Virus record (IMG/VR): IMGVR_UViG_3300010430_000022
Coordinates: 10,466 to 74,465 of that record
Source of the DNA: a virus
Reading direction: 5' to 3' (one strand)
Length of the DNA: 64,000 nt
The notes under the pieces are model-generated. The model worked only from the letters and a program-made list of their open reading frames with translations, ran no database searches and had not been told where the DNA came from. Of this stretch, positions 19,111 through 29,533 are shown in pieces; within the stretch, counting starts at the first letter, position 1; each line of letters begins with the position of its first letter. The translations under genes were made by a program, and so were the position numbers.

Positions 19111-20262
19111 ATGATGCTTCCAGCTACAGGTCCGACGACCTCCCTTATGGAAGACCTCCAGTCCCTCAACATGGTTGAGTCGAGTGGACCTTCTACAAAG
19201 GTCAAGCAGGTCAAGCAGTCTGACCCCGAAGGCGGAGACTACGCCGGCAAGCCTGGCAACAAGACCCCTGATCCGGGCGGTGACGTCGACCTGGAAACTG
19301 GTGACGCGGCTGCCGGTCACTACACCTACGTCCCCGGACGTGGTGACGAGAACGTCGGTCCCGACGGCAAGTACGGCAAGAGCCGTGGCGGCGCCAAGAA
19401 CGAGGACTACGAGGACTCTTCGGGCAAGATGGTTCCGAGCTTCATGATTCCTCCCGCCGTCTCCGCTGACGAGATCGCCGAGGAGCAGGAGGCTCTGGCC
19501 GAGCAGGCTCGCGCTGGCCAACTGAACCGTGCTTGGGACGTCATCAACGCCTACTTCAGCGAGGACGACGACGGTCTCAACGAGGATGGCCTGCGCGGCG
19601 TCATCAACGCCATGGGCCACGCGATCAACGTCGCCGTCGAAGACATCGCCATGCTTCAGGGTGAGAACGTTCGCCTGACCGAGGCGGTCAACGACCTGAA
19701 CCGGATCCTCAAGGAGTCCGAGCTTCACGAGGCAGCAATGCCCCCTGAGATGATGGCCAAGTACCAGGCCATGCAGGCCAAGGGCGACGACGACGACGAG
19801 GAAGAGGACGACGACGACGACGAAGACGACGAGAAGGGTTCGAAGCAGGCAGCTTCCTACCGCTCCCGTTCCAACCTTCACGAGGACGCTAGCCTCAACT
19901 CGATCCTCGACGAGGTTGCCTCCATTGGCGGCAGCCCTCGCCAGCAGGCGATCAGCGCCCAGAGCAAGCTGATCGAAGCCTTCGAGAGCGTGCTGGAGTC
20001 GGCCTCTGAAGTCGTCGACCGTGTTGTGGACGTGATCCGTGACGACGAAGGTCTCGCTGAGGACGAGGAGATCGAGCTTCCCGAAGACGACGCGCGCCTC
20101 AAGGTCGCGAACTACTTCTACGGGATCGCCGAGGACGCCCAGGGCTACCTCAACCGCCTGGCAGATGGCGACGTCGCCTTCCGCGTGGCCGAGGAAGACC
20201 TGAGCCGCTTGCACGCTGACATCCAGAACGGCATCGACGCGATGCACAAGATCCCCGCGTAA
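19111..20262 (+). CDS. Acidic prohead core/scaffold-like protein
   Basis: GAGGAG RBS; very D/E-rich, many L-x-E sites; located before the protease. Confidence 0.6.
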   Translation: MMLPATGPTTSLMEDLQSLNMVESSGPSTKVKQVKQSDPEGGDYAGKPGNKTPDPGGDVDLETGDAAAGHYTYVPGRGDENVGPDGKYGKSRGGAKNEDYEDSSGKMVPSFMIPPAVSADEIAEEQEALAEQARAGQLNRAWDVINAYFSEDDDGLNEDGLRGVINAMGHAINVAVEDIAMLQGENVRLTEAVNDLNRILKESELHEAAMPPEMMAKYQAMQAKGDDDDEEEDDDDDEDDEKGSKQAASYRSRSNLHEDASLNSILDEVASIGGSPRQQAISAQSKLIEAFESVLESASEVVDRVVDVIRDDEGLAEDEEIELPEDDARLKVANYFYGIAEDAQGYLNRLADGDVAFRVAEEDLSRLHADIQNGIDAMHKIPA

Positions 20263-20317
20263 GGAGACGTAGTCGAGGAACGGTTTCGGTAACCCACGAC
20301 TAAGTCTGGAGACTTTC

Positions 20318-22189
20318 ATGACGACCAACACAATGAGCCCACAGGTAGAGCAGCGTTTCCGTGCAAACGCCAGCGCTACCCGTCGGCCTCTGGTCGACAA
20401 CATGTTGGTGGAGTCTGAGGGCTTCACCAAGATGACCGTCCTGGCCGAAGACTCTCAGAGCAAGGGCGCTCTGATTGTCGAAGGTCTGGTCGGTATCTGT
20501 GGAAAGGCGACGAAGAATCGTCGTCTCTACACAGAGTCGATCATGAAGCGAGAGATCAAGCGTCTTCAGGAACGGATCGATTCTCGGTCCCTCCTGGCTG
20601 CTGTGGATCACCCCACAGACGGCAAGTCGCGTATCCGTGAGGCTGGCGCCATCTGCGTTGGTCTCCGGTGCGAGGCCGACGGTCGGATCATCGGCAAGTA
20701 CGAAATCGTCGAAGACTCGACCGGTGGTAAGGATCTCGCCGCATTCCTGCGTGCAGGTGCCTCCATTGGTATGTCCTCCCGTGGCCTGGGTTCGACCTCG
20801 GTCAACATGGAAGGCGTCCACGTTGTTGGCGAGGACTTCAAGCTCCACGGCTTCGACTTCGTCGCTGATCCCGCTTGCGAGACGGCCTATCCCACACTGG
20901 TGTCTGAGGACGTCGACGCGGCACAGGTCGACGAGAACCAGCTTCGCGCAACCTTCGGCAACCTTGTCGAGCAGATCGAAGATCGCGCTCGCCAGGCTGG
21001 TGCCGAGATCGCTGAAGAAGAGGTTCGGGCTCAGGTCGAAGAGGAGTTCAAGTCGGCACTCGATGAGGCCGGTGGCAAGCTCCGTGAAGACATCAAGCTC
21101 CAGGTGGAGTCCGAGATCCGCGAACAGCTTCGCGAAGACTTCTCGGTCAAGCTCCTAAAGGCCCTCCAAGAGCAGCGGACTCAGATCGAGTCTGTTGTGC
21201 GCTCAGAGCTTCTCTCCGACCCCAAGGTCGGTGCCGCCAAGCGCTTCATGGAAGACCTCGCTCAGAAGCTCGTGCCCTTCGCACCGGCGCCCGACCAGCA
21301 AGTCGTCATGGACGATTACGAGGCCAAGCTGGCTTCGCTGCGTGAGGACGTCGAGAAGAACGAGGCTGCGGTCGGCGCCAAGGACAGCGTCATCAACGAG
21401 ATGGCCGAGCGCGTTGAGGTCGCCGAACAGGCCGCTCGCTCGCTGGGCTACAAGCTCTACATCGAGCGCTGCCTTGAGGGTCGCGAGAACGCTGCTCACC
21501 TCCGTGAGATGATCGGCACCCCTGACGGCAGCGAGAGCGCCGACGATCTCCGTGATCGCGTCAGCGCAGTTCTGAACCAGGTCTCCGAGGCAGAGGATCA
21601 GGCCCAAGCGCAAGCTCAGTCCAAGATCAAGCTCAAGGAGCACAAGGCCGATCTGGCCCGCAGGAAGGCAGAGGTCGCAACCGAAGACTTCGACCGTTTC
21701 CGCTCTGAGATGGAAGGACGCTTCGAACGTCTCTCCACTCGCATGGGATCGCAAATCCGCGAGAAGGATCGTGCGCTCTCCGAGGCTCTCGGCCATATCG
21801 AGAACCTAGAGAGCACAGTGGGCCAGTCCCGTCGTCAGCTTCAAGAAGCTGACCTTCGCGCATACGCGGCCCGACGCGTTATCGGCCACCCCCGCGCAAA
21901 CGACATTCTCTCCCTCGTTGAGAGTGGACGAGTGACCTCGAAGGACCAAGTCCAGCAACTTGCCGAGCAGTGGGACAACACTGCAAGCGAGCCTGGCGGG
22001 GTCAGTGAGCGCATTCGTCGTTCACTTGGGCGAGGCCGTGAGGCCCCCACTGAGGACGACCAACAGCGGTTTACTCAACTAATGGAAGACCAGCAGACCA
22101 TTCCCGGTCTTGAGGGCTTCGACACCACCATGGGAGAACTCCGCGCGCTGTCGGGGATCGATCATGACTCTTTCAATGGCAGATTCTAA
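20318..22189 (+). CDS. Prohead protease (T4 gp21-like) fused to a coiled-coil scaffold
   Basis: 'KNRRLY', 'DHP', 'IGMSSRGLGS', 'DFKLHGFDFVADPA'; long E/A/R-rich helical C-terminus. Confidence 0.92.
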   Translation: MTTNTMSPQVEQRFRANASATRRPLVDNMLVESEGFTKMTVLAEDSQSKGALIVEGLVGICGKATKNRRLYTESIMKREIKRLQERIDSRSLLAAVDHPTDGKSRIREAGAICVGLRCEADGRIIGKYEIVEDSTGGKDLAAFLRAGASIGMSSRGLGSTSVNMEGVHVVGEDFKLHGFDFVADPACETAYPTLVSEDVDAAQVDENQLRATFGNLVEQIEDRARQAGAEIAEEEVRAQVEEEFKSALDEAGGKLREDIKLQVESEIREQLREDFSVKLLKALQEQRTQIESVVRSELLSDPKVGAAKRFMEDLAQKLVPFAPAPDQQVVMDDYEAKLASLREDVEKNEAAVGAKDSVINEMAERVEVAEQAARSLGYKLYIERCLEGRENAAHLREMIGTPDGSESADDLRDRVSAVLNQVSEAEDQAQAQAQSKIKLKEHKADLARRKAEVATEDFDRFRSEMEGRFERLSTRMGSQIREKDRALSEALGHIENLESTVGQSRRQLQEADLRAYAARRVIGHPRANDILSLVESGRVTSKDQVQQLAEQWDNTASEPGGVSERIRRSLGRGREAPTEDDQQRFTQLMEDQQTIPGLEGFDTTMGELRALSGIDHDSFNGRF

Positions 22190-22201
22190 GGAGGGACACC
22201 C

Positions 22202-23647
22202 ATGTTCCAGGCACGTTCAATGATTGCCGAGAGTGCAGAAGGGTGCGCCCTCGCCGATCACGGTATGGTTCGACAGTACGTCAACAAGTGGGCTCCCCTG
22301 CTTGAAGGCATCGAGTCCGAACTCGACAAGTTCACCCCTCGTGGGCAGGCCCAGTATGTGAAGTCCGTCGCGGCCTTCATGCTGGAGAACCAGGCTCGAC
22401 ACCTCAAGCGGCTCTCTGAGGAGACTCGGGCGCTGTCGGTCGGCCCGTTCTTGAAGTTCGTCTTTCCCGTCATCCGACGCGCCGCCGTGCGGTTGGTTGC
22501 GACGCAGATTGCGTCCGTCCAGCCCATGACCGGTCCCATCGGTGGCGTGGCCTTCTACAGGCCACGTTATGCGACGGACAAGGGTCAGGTCGTCGCCGGC
22601 CAGGAGATGAACAAGACGTTCAACAAGTGGTACTCGTCGAACTTCATCGACGGCGAAGGCATTGGCACCGGCAACGGCACCAACACCGTCTTCTCCTCGA
22701 ACCTGAAGTTCCCTCGGGTTCTCTCCGGCACCCTCCGGGTCCTGGTTCGCACGGCTGGCACGACCCAGACGGGCACCCTGGTCGGAACTGACAACGGCGC
22801 TGGCGGTCTGACCGCTGTTGCTGGCGGGCCTCTCGCTGGCGGCACGATCAACTACCAGGCTGGTCAGCTTCAGGTCAACTTCGCCGCCGCTCCGGCGACG
22901 ACCGACGAAGTGCTCATTGAGTACAAGTACGACAACGAACTGAACCCCCGGATCCCCGAAGTCCAGTTGGACATCGCGATCCAGGAGATCCGTGCGGAGT
23001 CGCGCAAGCTCAAGAGCCTGGCGTCCGTCGAGGCTGCGGACGACCTCCGCGCCCTCTGGGGACGTGACATCGACGCCGACCTCGTTGCTCACATGAGTGA
23101 CGAAATGACGGCGGAGATCGACCGCGAGATCGCCGGCACGGCGCTGAACGCAGTCGAGGGTCTGGCCATGCTGGACTGGGACCGTGCGACTCCTTCGGGC
23201 GTCTCCGATCCTGAGCACCTCCAGTCGCTCGTGATCCGCATGTCCGAGGCGAGCCACATCGTTCACCGTCGCACCCAGCGTGCGCCGACGAACTGGTGCA
23301 TCACCTCGTCCGAGGTCGCTGCCCTCCTGGAGACCATGCCCGGATTCGCTTCCGTGGACGATGGTCACGTCTACCAGGGAGGCATCATGAAGGGAGGTGT
23401 CCTCAACAGGAAGTGGGTTATCTACGTTGATCCCCTCTTCCCGCAGGACGAGATCCTCATGGGTTACCAGGGTCCTTCGATCCTGGACACCGGCATGATC
23501 TACTCGCCCTACGTGCCGATGGAGATCACGCCTAACTTCGTTGACCCCAACGACTTCAGCCTCCGTCGCGCGATCCGCACGCGTCACAAGATCACCCTGA
23601 TCCGGCCGGAGTTCTTCTCGAAGGTCAAGATCTCGAACCTCAACTAG
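22202..23647 (+). CDS. Major capsid protein (T4 gp23-like)
   Basis: 'KWAPLLEG', 'LENQ', 'VQPMTGPIG', 'AESRKLK', 'EIDREI', 'YSPYVP', 'DPNDFS'. Confidence 0.95.
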   Translation: MFQARSMIAESAEGCALADHGMVRQYVNKWAPLLEGIESELDKFTPRGQAQYVKSVAAFMLENQARHLKRLSEETRALSVGPFLKFVFPVIRRAAVRLVATQIASVQPMTGPIGGVAFYRPRYATDKGQVVAGQEMNKTFNKWYSSNFIDGEGIGTGNGTNTVFSSNLKFPRVLSGTLRVLVRTAGTTQTGTLVGTDNGAGGLTAVAGGPLAGGTINYQAGQLQVNFAAAPATTDEVLIEYKYDNELNPRIPEVQLDIAIQEIRAESRKLKSLASVEAADDLRALWGRDIDADLVAHMSDEMTAEIDREIAGTALNAVEGLAMLDWDRATPSGVSDPEHLQSLVIRMSEASHIVHRRTQRAPTNWCITSSEVAALLETMPGFASVDDGHVYQGGIMKGGVLNRKWVIYVDPLFPQDEILMGYQGPSILDTGMIYSPYVPMEITPNFVDPNDFSLRRAIRTRHKITLIRPEFFSKVKISNLN

Positions 23648-23673
23648 GTTCGAACTCCCTTCGGCTTTGAAAG

Positions 23674-23706
23674 AGGGCGGCGGCAGATGCCGCCGCCCTT
23701 TTTCTA
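23674..23706 (+). terminator. Intrinsic terminator after the capsid gene
   Basis: AGGGCGGCGGC-AGAT-GCCGCCGCCCT followed by TTTT. Confidence 0.85.
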
Positions 23707-23746
23707 TGTCTAGACGTCCTTCCTTCGAGCTAACCGTGAGGTAACC

Positions 23747-24580
23747 GTGAGCACTCTCTTCGAACGAATCGGCCTCGCAGAAGGACGAGGACGAAACTTC
23801 CGGATTGCTGATCGCAGAGGTGACGCGGCGCGAGCAGACTGGTATTCCGATGACTCGGAGAGTCGTCGGAAGCGTAGTCAACGTCGTGCAATCGCCAAAT
23901 TCCTCAAGCCAGCAGAGGATTGGGCTGACAAGGAATCAGACAGTCTTGGGCACAACAAGAGGCAGCGAGAAGAGCACGCCCGCTATCACACCACGCTAGC
24001 TCTCAACCCCAGTCTGAAGGATGACGCAAGCTTCCATCAGGACCACAAGGACCGTCTCTATAAGCATCAAGAGACGGCGCAGCGGAATCGCCCTGTCCGA
24101 TCTAAGGATCAGAAGAAGCGTGGTGGTGTCGGAGCGCAATGGGACACCGTCGTCGGCGGTAAGCGCGCCAAGCGCTTTGAGGCTACGGAGTCGATGTTCG
24201 ACCGTGTTTTCACCGAGGGCGTAAAGAAGCTCCAACGTGCTGGTCAGGGCCTTGTAGCCTCTGGCACTGTGAGGAATGTCGCAAACCCTCGCTCTGGTCC
24301 GGACTACCCTTACACGCGCCCAGATCCAGATGAGGCCCGAACGGCGAAGGCGCTCTATAAGGCGCACTCTTCTGACGAGCGCGAGACAGCCAGCATCCGA
24401 GGCACTTCACGCAAAGAGGCGATGAAGAAAGCGACCGACAAGACTAAGGCTGAGTTGGAGGACGATCCTCAGGACAGGTGGCGAGACGCCAACTGGAAGC
24501 CTAAGCGTCGCCCTCGTGTCAGCAGGCAAGAGCGCAAGGCTTACCACGACACGCGTGGTGGTGACCGAGAGACCCACTAA
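23747..24580 (+). CDS. Basic putative internal virion protein
   Basis: MSTLFERIGLAE and internal SMFDRVFTE motifs. Confidence 0.6.
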   Translation: MSTLFERIGLAEGRGRNFRIADRRGDAARADWYSDDSESRRKRSQRRAIAKFLKPAEDWADKESDSLGHNKRQREEHARYHTTLALNPSLKDDASFHQDHKDRLYKHQETAQRNRPVRSKDQKKRGGVGAQWDTVVGGKRAKRFEATESMFDRVFTEGVKKLQRAGQGLVASGTVRNVANPRSGPDYPYTRPDPDEARTAKALYKAHSSDERETASIRGTSRKEAMKKATDKTKAELEDDPQDRWRDANWKPKRRPRVSRQERKAYHDTRGGDRETH

Positions 24581-24591
24581 GGAGAAGCCGC

Positions 24592-26280
24592 GTGTATCAA
24601 GCACATACGCTACTGATCCTCGAAGACCTACTTGGGTCTCGGACCTTTCGTCGACTCATCGAGGGCAAAGACCCTGCGCCTGATCCCGAGCGCCAGTCGC
24701 GCCCGGTCATTCCTCCACATCTCCGCACGAGCCATGAGGAGGACACGCACCCAGCGATGAAGCTGCCGGGCCACAAGTTCCCTCAAGCAGTGCATGACGT
24801 CGCGCACTCCATCAAGAAGGCTGGTGGACGCGCGATGATGGTCGGCGGCTACGTCCGCGATACGCTGGAGAAGCATTTCCATGGAGGGGACGAGCCCTCC
24901 AAGGACTACGACATGGAAGTCCATGGGATGCACCCAGATCACCTGGATAAGCACTTGGACTCCATCGGACGAGTGGACAGAGTCGGCAAGGCTTTCGGGG
25001 TGATGAAGCTCACACACAAGAAGCACGACTTTGACATCTCGATCCCCCGCCGAGACAACAAGGTCGGTAAGGGGCACAAGGGCTTCATGCCCGAGCCTGA
25101 TCCGCACATGACCATTGGCGAGGCTGGTCATCGTCGGGACTTCACCATGAACTCGGTGGCGATGGACCCACACACTGGGCATGTCTACGACCCGCACCAC
25201 GGCATCAAGGACATCAAGAGTCGGACGCTACGGGCTACAGACCCCAAAGCGTTTGCTGAGGATCCTCTGCGTATTCTGCGTGGCGCTCAGTTTGCCGCCC
25301 GCAAGAAGATGACGGTTCACCCACACACCATGAAGCTGATGCAGAACGCCGGGCACGAGCTAAAGGATCTGCCTCGTGAGCGTGTTGGTGTCGAGTGGAA
25401 GAAGCTTCTCATGAAGGGCAAGCACCCTGAGCACGGCCTAAAGGTCTTGCACGACTCGGGTGCGCTGAAGCATCTTCACCCTGAGCTTCATGCACTGACA
25501 GACCACCAACACGATCCGCACGATCACACGAAGGGCACTTCGTTTGAGCACACAGGTCGGGCACTGAGCCATGTTGTGCATGCGACTAAGGGGCTGCCCG
25601 ATGACTCTCGCGAATCGATCCACCACGCCACGCTGATGCATAACGTAGGGCGACCGGCAGGTACGGATGACCACGCTTCGGCTGGCTCAGCTATCTCTCG
25701 TTCTACTGGCAAGAGCCAGTTTGATCTGGAGAAGAACGTCGCCACCAAGACTCATAAGCTCGTAGGCGAGCACGGTGCTCCTCACGAGATTCACGAGGCA
25801 CACAAGCGCGGCGAGAACACAGACGCGCACATTCGCCATCTCGCTCACCGCCTAGGACCGTCGAAGCCAACGGCCCACGACGGCTCGTCTATTGGTGATC
25901 TTCTACACGTCGCTCACGCGTCACATGTGGCAGATGGTAGTGGTGACCCTCACCACGCTGGTGACTTCTTGCGCAAGCGTGCCAAGGCACTTGGGGTTCA
26001 CGACGGGCCTCAAGAGCGGCTTGTTACCGGCAAGCACCTGAAGGCAGATGGTGTCAAAGGCGGACGTCGTATGGGAAGAGCCTTGGACCACGCCCACCAG
26101 AGGCAGTTGGATGGTGATGTCACTACTCACGAGGAGGCGAAGAAGGCTGCACTCGATCACCTCGCACACCTCGAACGTGAAGAGGGGCCTGAACAAGGGA
26201 AGAAGCAGAAGGTCAATCGTCGTAAGAAGCCTCCATTGGCGGAGAACTACTCGCTCTACGCACGCGTCTTTAGTGCTTAG
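24592..26280 (+). CDS. cca: CCA-adding tRNA nucleotidyltransferase (class II), His-rich
   Basis: 'VGGYVRD', 'DYDME', 'RRDFTMNS', 'DPHHG..D', 'EDPLRILRGAQFAAR', 'ERV..EWKKLL'. Confidence 0.9.
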   Translation: MYQAHTLLILEDLLGSRTFRRLIEGKDPAPDPERQSRPVIPPHLRTSHEEDTHPAMKLPGHKFPQAVHDVAHSIKKAGGRAMMVGGYVRDTLEKHFHGGDEPSKDYDMEVHGMHPDHLDKHLDSIGRVDRVGKAFGVMKLTHKKHDFDISIPRRDNKVGKGHKGFMPEPDPHMTIGEAGHRRDFTMNSVAMDPHTGHVYDPHHGIKDIKSRTLRATDPKAFAEDPLRILRGAQFAARKKMTVHPHTMKLMQNAGHELKDLPRERVGVEWKKLLMKGKHPEHGLKVLHDSGALKHLHPELHALTDHQHDPHDHTKGTSFEHTGRALSHVVHATKGLPDDSRESIHHATLMHNVGRPAGTDDHASAGSAISRSTGKSQFDLEKNVATKTHKLVGEHGAPHEIHEAHKRGENTDAHIRHLAHRLGPSKPTAHDGSSIGDLLHVAHASHVADGSGDPHHAGDFLRKRAKALGVHDGPQERLVTGKHLKADGVKGGRRMGRALDHAHQRQLDGDVTTHEEAKKAALDHLAHLEREEGPEQGKKQKVNRRKKPPLAENYSLYARVFSA

Positions 26281-26469
26281 ACGGAGGCGCTCTGCACTTG
26301 ATGTACGCCTCGGCAACCTCGTGGTAAGTTGTAGGGTAACCACGGGGAGATCGCGCTATGATGCGCCCGTAAGCCTAGCCTTGTTGATTCTGGTCCCACC
26401 GAAGGGAGGTGCGGAGGAAACGGCGGCTTGCGGAGGTCGTCGTTTCTTTCGTTCTCGTAAGGTCCCCTC

Positions 26470-27141
26470 ATGAGCCATATCCCTAGCCTGCACGACCGGA
26501 TCTTTGAGGGATTCTCCGACGACGTCAAGCACGCACTGGCCGTCGGAATGCAGACACCCGAACGATTCGGTGGTCCACCCGAGAAGCCCAAGGAGCGTAA
26601 GAAGCCCAAGCCGACTCTGAAGAAGCCGACTCTGAAGAAGCGGCTCAAGAGGTTTGCTACGGACGCCGGCCGAGTCATGTTCCCTCGCAGCGAGGACGTG
26701 ACCCTCTTCGACCAAGTTTTCACGGAGTCCGACAAGAAAAAGCTAGGTTTCGTAGGAAGCGTCAAGAAGATCGCCAAGGACGCCCACGAGTATGCGGATG
26801 TTTCAGATCCCACACACCCTTGGAATAAGATCCTCGTCACAGCGAAGAAGTGGTCTGACCAGGGCGGCGCGCTCGCCGGGAAAGATCAGGCGAAACCTCA
26901 AGCCAAACTTGAGAAAAAGGCTGGGTGGGGGTCTGAAGCCCTGAAACGTAAGAGTTCTTCGAAGGACAAGAAAAGCTCTAAATCAAAACACCCCATGAAG
27001 GTGCTCAGGAAGAGCATGCGGGATGCTCAACGCGACCGCGACCGCGTCAGCCGTGGGGCTCAGGCGCCTCAGGGTGTTGGTCGCTCGAACCTAGGGGCCC
27101 CCGCAAAGACCACCTCGAAGCAACCTTCTGCCAAGAGGTAG
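26470..27141 (+). CDS. Lys-rich putative internal protein
   Basis: SLHDRIFE and TLFDQVFTE motifs. Confidence 0.55.
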   Translation: MSHIPSLHDRIFEGFSDDVKHALAVGMQTPERFGGPPEKPKERKKPKPTLKKPTLKKRLKRFATDAGRVMFPRSEDVTLFDQVFTESDKKKLGFVGSVKKIAKDAHEYADVSDPTHPWNKILVTAKKWSDQGGALAGKDQAKPQAKLEKKAGWGSEALKRKSSSKDKKSSKSKHPMKVLRKSMRDAQRDRDRVSRGAQAPQGVGRSNLGAPAKTTSKQPSAKR

Positions 27142-27267
27142 CGGATCTTATTCCGATACCCCATAATCCACTTACTTTGGTGGCACTACTACTGATCCAA
27201 TTCGGGTTCGTAACCTCTTTCCTCGCATGTAGAATGAGGTAACCATCCGACTCGGCGGAGAGACCTC

Positions 27268-27636
27268 ATGGCGACAGGCAGCAAAACAGTCAAGTTTCAG
27301 GGCAGCTTCTCGGTGCATGACGCATCGAACGTCGCCTCTCCCAACAAGCCGATCAAGGATCTCACGCTCACCGTGGCGCAGGTTCAGTCGTCGGACCCGA
27401 TGTGCATCGCTGGTGCTTCGGTGGACTTCCAAGTTCCGTTCGGTGCGATCACCGGCGCAAAGCGGATCTACATCAAGACTGACCAGTCGGTCACGATTAA
27501 GTTCAACCAGGACACTGATCTCGGGTTCTCCTGGAAGGGCGAAGGTGTGGTTCCTTCTGAGGACGGGATCACTGCGCTCTACATCACTACAGGTCCGAAC
27601 GACACCAACGTCGAGATCGTTATCGCAGGAGACTAG
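27268..27636 (+). CDS. Hypothetical beta-rich virion protein
   Basis: GGAG RBS; tightly coupled three-gene set. Confidence 0.55.
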   Translation: MATGSKTVKFQGSFSVHDASNVASPNKPIKDLTLTVAQVQSSDPMCIAGASVDFQVPFGAITGAKRIYIKTDQSVTIKFNQDTDLGFSWKGEGVVPSEDGITALYITTGPNDTNVEIVIAGD

Positions 27637-27638
27637 CC

Positions 27639-28004
27639 ATGGGCCCCACTCTCTACGTTGAACGCGAAACTATGCCCTCCGTCATTCCTGGCGAAGAGGT
27701 CATGGTCATTGCACGCAACAAGGGGTCGGAGAACGCGACGCCCAAGTTCTACATTGTGGGGCTGGCTCCTGGAACGACCTATGAGACGCGCACCGGTCAG
27801 GGTCCCATGGTCGACACGTTCCCGGCGACGCCCGGTTCGACCCTTGGTCGTGGTCAACGCCAGCACGTCGATTTTGGCGCGGCTGTCGCCGCCGATCACA
27901 ACATCTACGTGCTGCGCTGCCTCACCGGGCGCCTTGCGGTGACCGTCGTGTCGCCGCATGAGGTTCAGATGCAGTTCCGCACCAGGGGGCGTGCAAGCGC
28001 ATGA
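27639..28004 (+). CDS. Hypothetical protein
   Basis: C-terminal 'LTGRLAVTVVSP' is shared with 28001..28684 ('FSGRLAVDLRSP'). Confidence 0.55.
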   Translation: MGPTLYVERETMPSVIPGEEVMVIARNKGSENATPKFYIVGLAPGTTYETRTGQGPMVDTFPATPGSTLGRGQRQHVDFGAAVAADHNIYVLRCLTGRLAVTVVSPHEVQMQFRTRGRASA

Positions 28005-28684
28005 CCGACCACCTTCATCCTCAGCGTGAGACCTACCCGCTCGTCAACACAGACGACACGTTGGTCGCTGTATTCCGGCACCACATCGTGCCGGGCTCTC
28101 CGCCGGTTCTCTTTATGGAGGGCCTTGCGGCAACCGAAGCGCTCGTGAAGTGCAGTCGAACCCTCGACGACCGCTCTGGTCTTGTCGTGGTCGACTTCAG
28201 CAACGGTGCGCTCGCTACCATCACGATCATCGTGGACGGTGGGGCGCCGACGGTGCTCACCGAGGGCACGGAATTCGACGCTGTGATCTCTAACGAGGAG
28301 ACGGCCCTTCAGATCGCAGCCGCAATCAACACGGCGGCTGTCGGATTGACCGCCACCACCGAGACGGGTTCGCCGAACGTCTACATCACCCCAGACGCAA
28401 GCATCCGGACTTGGAGCGCTACCTCCAGCGACGCTACGGCGTGGACCGAGTCCATCCTAGCTACACCAGGCACGTTGATCTCGGTAGGGCGCCAGGAGCG
28501 CACTGAGTTGGAGCTTCCCACTGGGACATCTGACGGCACCTTCCAGGTCGCGTTCCTTACGCTCTTCTCGGGCAGGCTCGCAGTGGACCTGCGCTCGCCC
28601 GTCGAGTGCCGCACTTACTTCCGCCAGCCGGCAACGCTGAGCGGCAACACTGGTCACCCTGGCGGGTGGCCTACCACTCCGTAG
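28001..28684 (+). CDS. Hypothetical virion protein (paralog of 27639 with an insertion)
   Basis: 'ETALQIAAAINTA' is typical of sheath/flagellin-like inserted domains. Confidence 0.55.
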   Translation: MTDHLHPQRETYPLVNTDDTLVAVFRHHIVPGSPPVLFMEGLAATEALVKCSRTLDDRSGLVVVDFSNGALATITIIVDGGAPTVLTEGTEFDAVISNEETALQIAAAINTAAVGLTATTETGSPNVYITPDASIRTWSATSSDATAWTESILATPGTLISVGRQERTELELPTGTSDGTFQVAFLTLFSGRLAVDLRSPVECRTYFRQPATLSGNTGHPGGWPTTP

Positions 28685-28699
28685 GTCTAGGGGAACGGC

Positions 28700-29533
28700 G
28701 TGACAATGGCGACTGAGTTTCAAACGTGGAAGAAGGCTGTAGAGATCCCTACGGATCGTCTCGTCTTCACTGACTGGAACTGTAACGAGATGAGCCAGGA
28801 GAAGCTGGCTCATCTCCAAGCAGAGATCGAGAACGATGAGGATCCAGAGGATCCTCATTTCGACGAGCCACTTCAGGTGATTCCGATTGCGGAGTCCGAA
28901 GGAAAGTTCCTCGTCGTAGGTGGTGAGCACCGCACCAAGATCGCTCGCTCGCTAGAGATGCCAGCAGTCCCATGCGTGATCCGCAACGATCTGTCGAAGA
29001 TGTCCAGGAAGGATCTGATCCTCTGGTCGGTTCGTCGCAACAACCTTCGTGGTCGAATCAACGCAACCAAGTATGCCGAGATGGAAGCCGAACTGGTTAA
29101 CCACCACGGCATGACCTCTGAGGCAGCGCGGCGGTCCATGCTGATCGACGGTGACCTGGCCAAGGCGCTTCGGGCGACTCTGGCAGTCCGGGCGAACGAG
29201 AACAACGAGTCAGACGATGGGCACGACGGTAAGCGCCAGTTCGGCGACGACGTGGCAGACGCTCGTGAGGATCGACGCTCCAAGGAGGAGCTTCTCTCGG
29301 CGCTCAAGATGGCCGAGCAGGACGTGCTCCTCGACTCTGCCGATACCGTCAAGCATGGCTACCTGTTCTTCGCTCAGGGCAAGAACGGTCAGATGCATCT
29401 GGTCGTCGACGAATCCCTGGAGCTACACGCACTCATCAAGCAGATGGTTTCCACCTGCAAAGGCAATGACGCGAAGGTCGACGACTTCTTGACCAACGCG
29501 ATTAGCGCTCAACTGACCTCGGAGACAAAGTGA
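28700..29533 (+). CDS. ParB/Srx-like N-terminal domain protein
   Basis: 'WNCNEMS', 'FDEPLQV', 'VVGGEHR..IA', 'N.LRG'. Confidence 0.8.
   Translation: MTMATEFQTWKKAVEIPTDRLVFTDWNCNEMSQEKLAHLQAEIENDEDPEDPHFDEPLQVIPIAESEGKFLVVGGEHRTKIARSLEMPAVPCVIRNDLSKMSRKDLILWSVRRNNLRGRINATKYAEMEAELVNHHGMTSEAARRSMLIDGDLAKALRATLAVRANENNESDDGHDGKRQFGDDVADAREDRRSKEELLSALKMAEQDVLLDSADTVKHGYLFFAQGKNGQMHLVVDESLELHALIKQMVSTCKGNDAKVDDFLTNAISAQLTSETK

Noticed and set aside
22217-23881. Long antisense ORFs (also 19078-20430, 34260-35654, 40063-41538, 52706-54085)
   Set aside because: Mirror frames of strongly codon-biased GC-rich genes; no recognisable motifs.
24592-26280. Poly(A) polymerase rather than CCA enzyme
   Set aside because: No clear PAP signature, and the CCA-less tRNAs favour a tRNA nucleotidyltransferase; CC- versus A-adding specificity remains undetermined.
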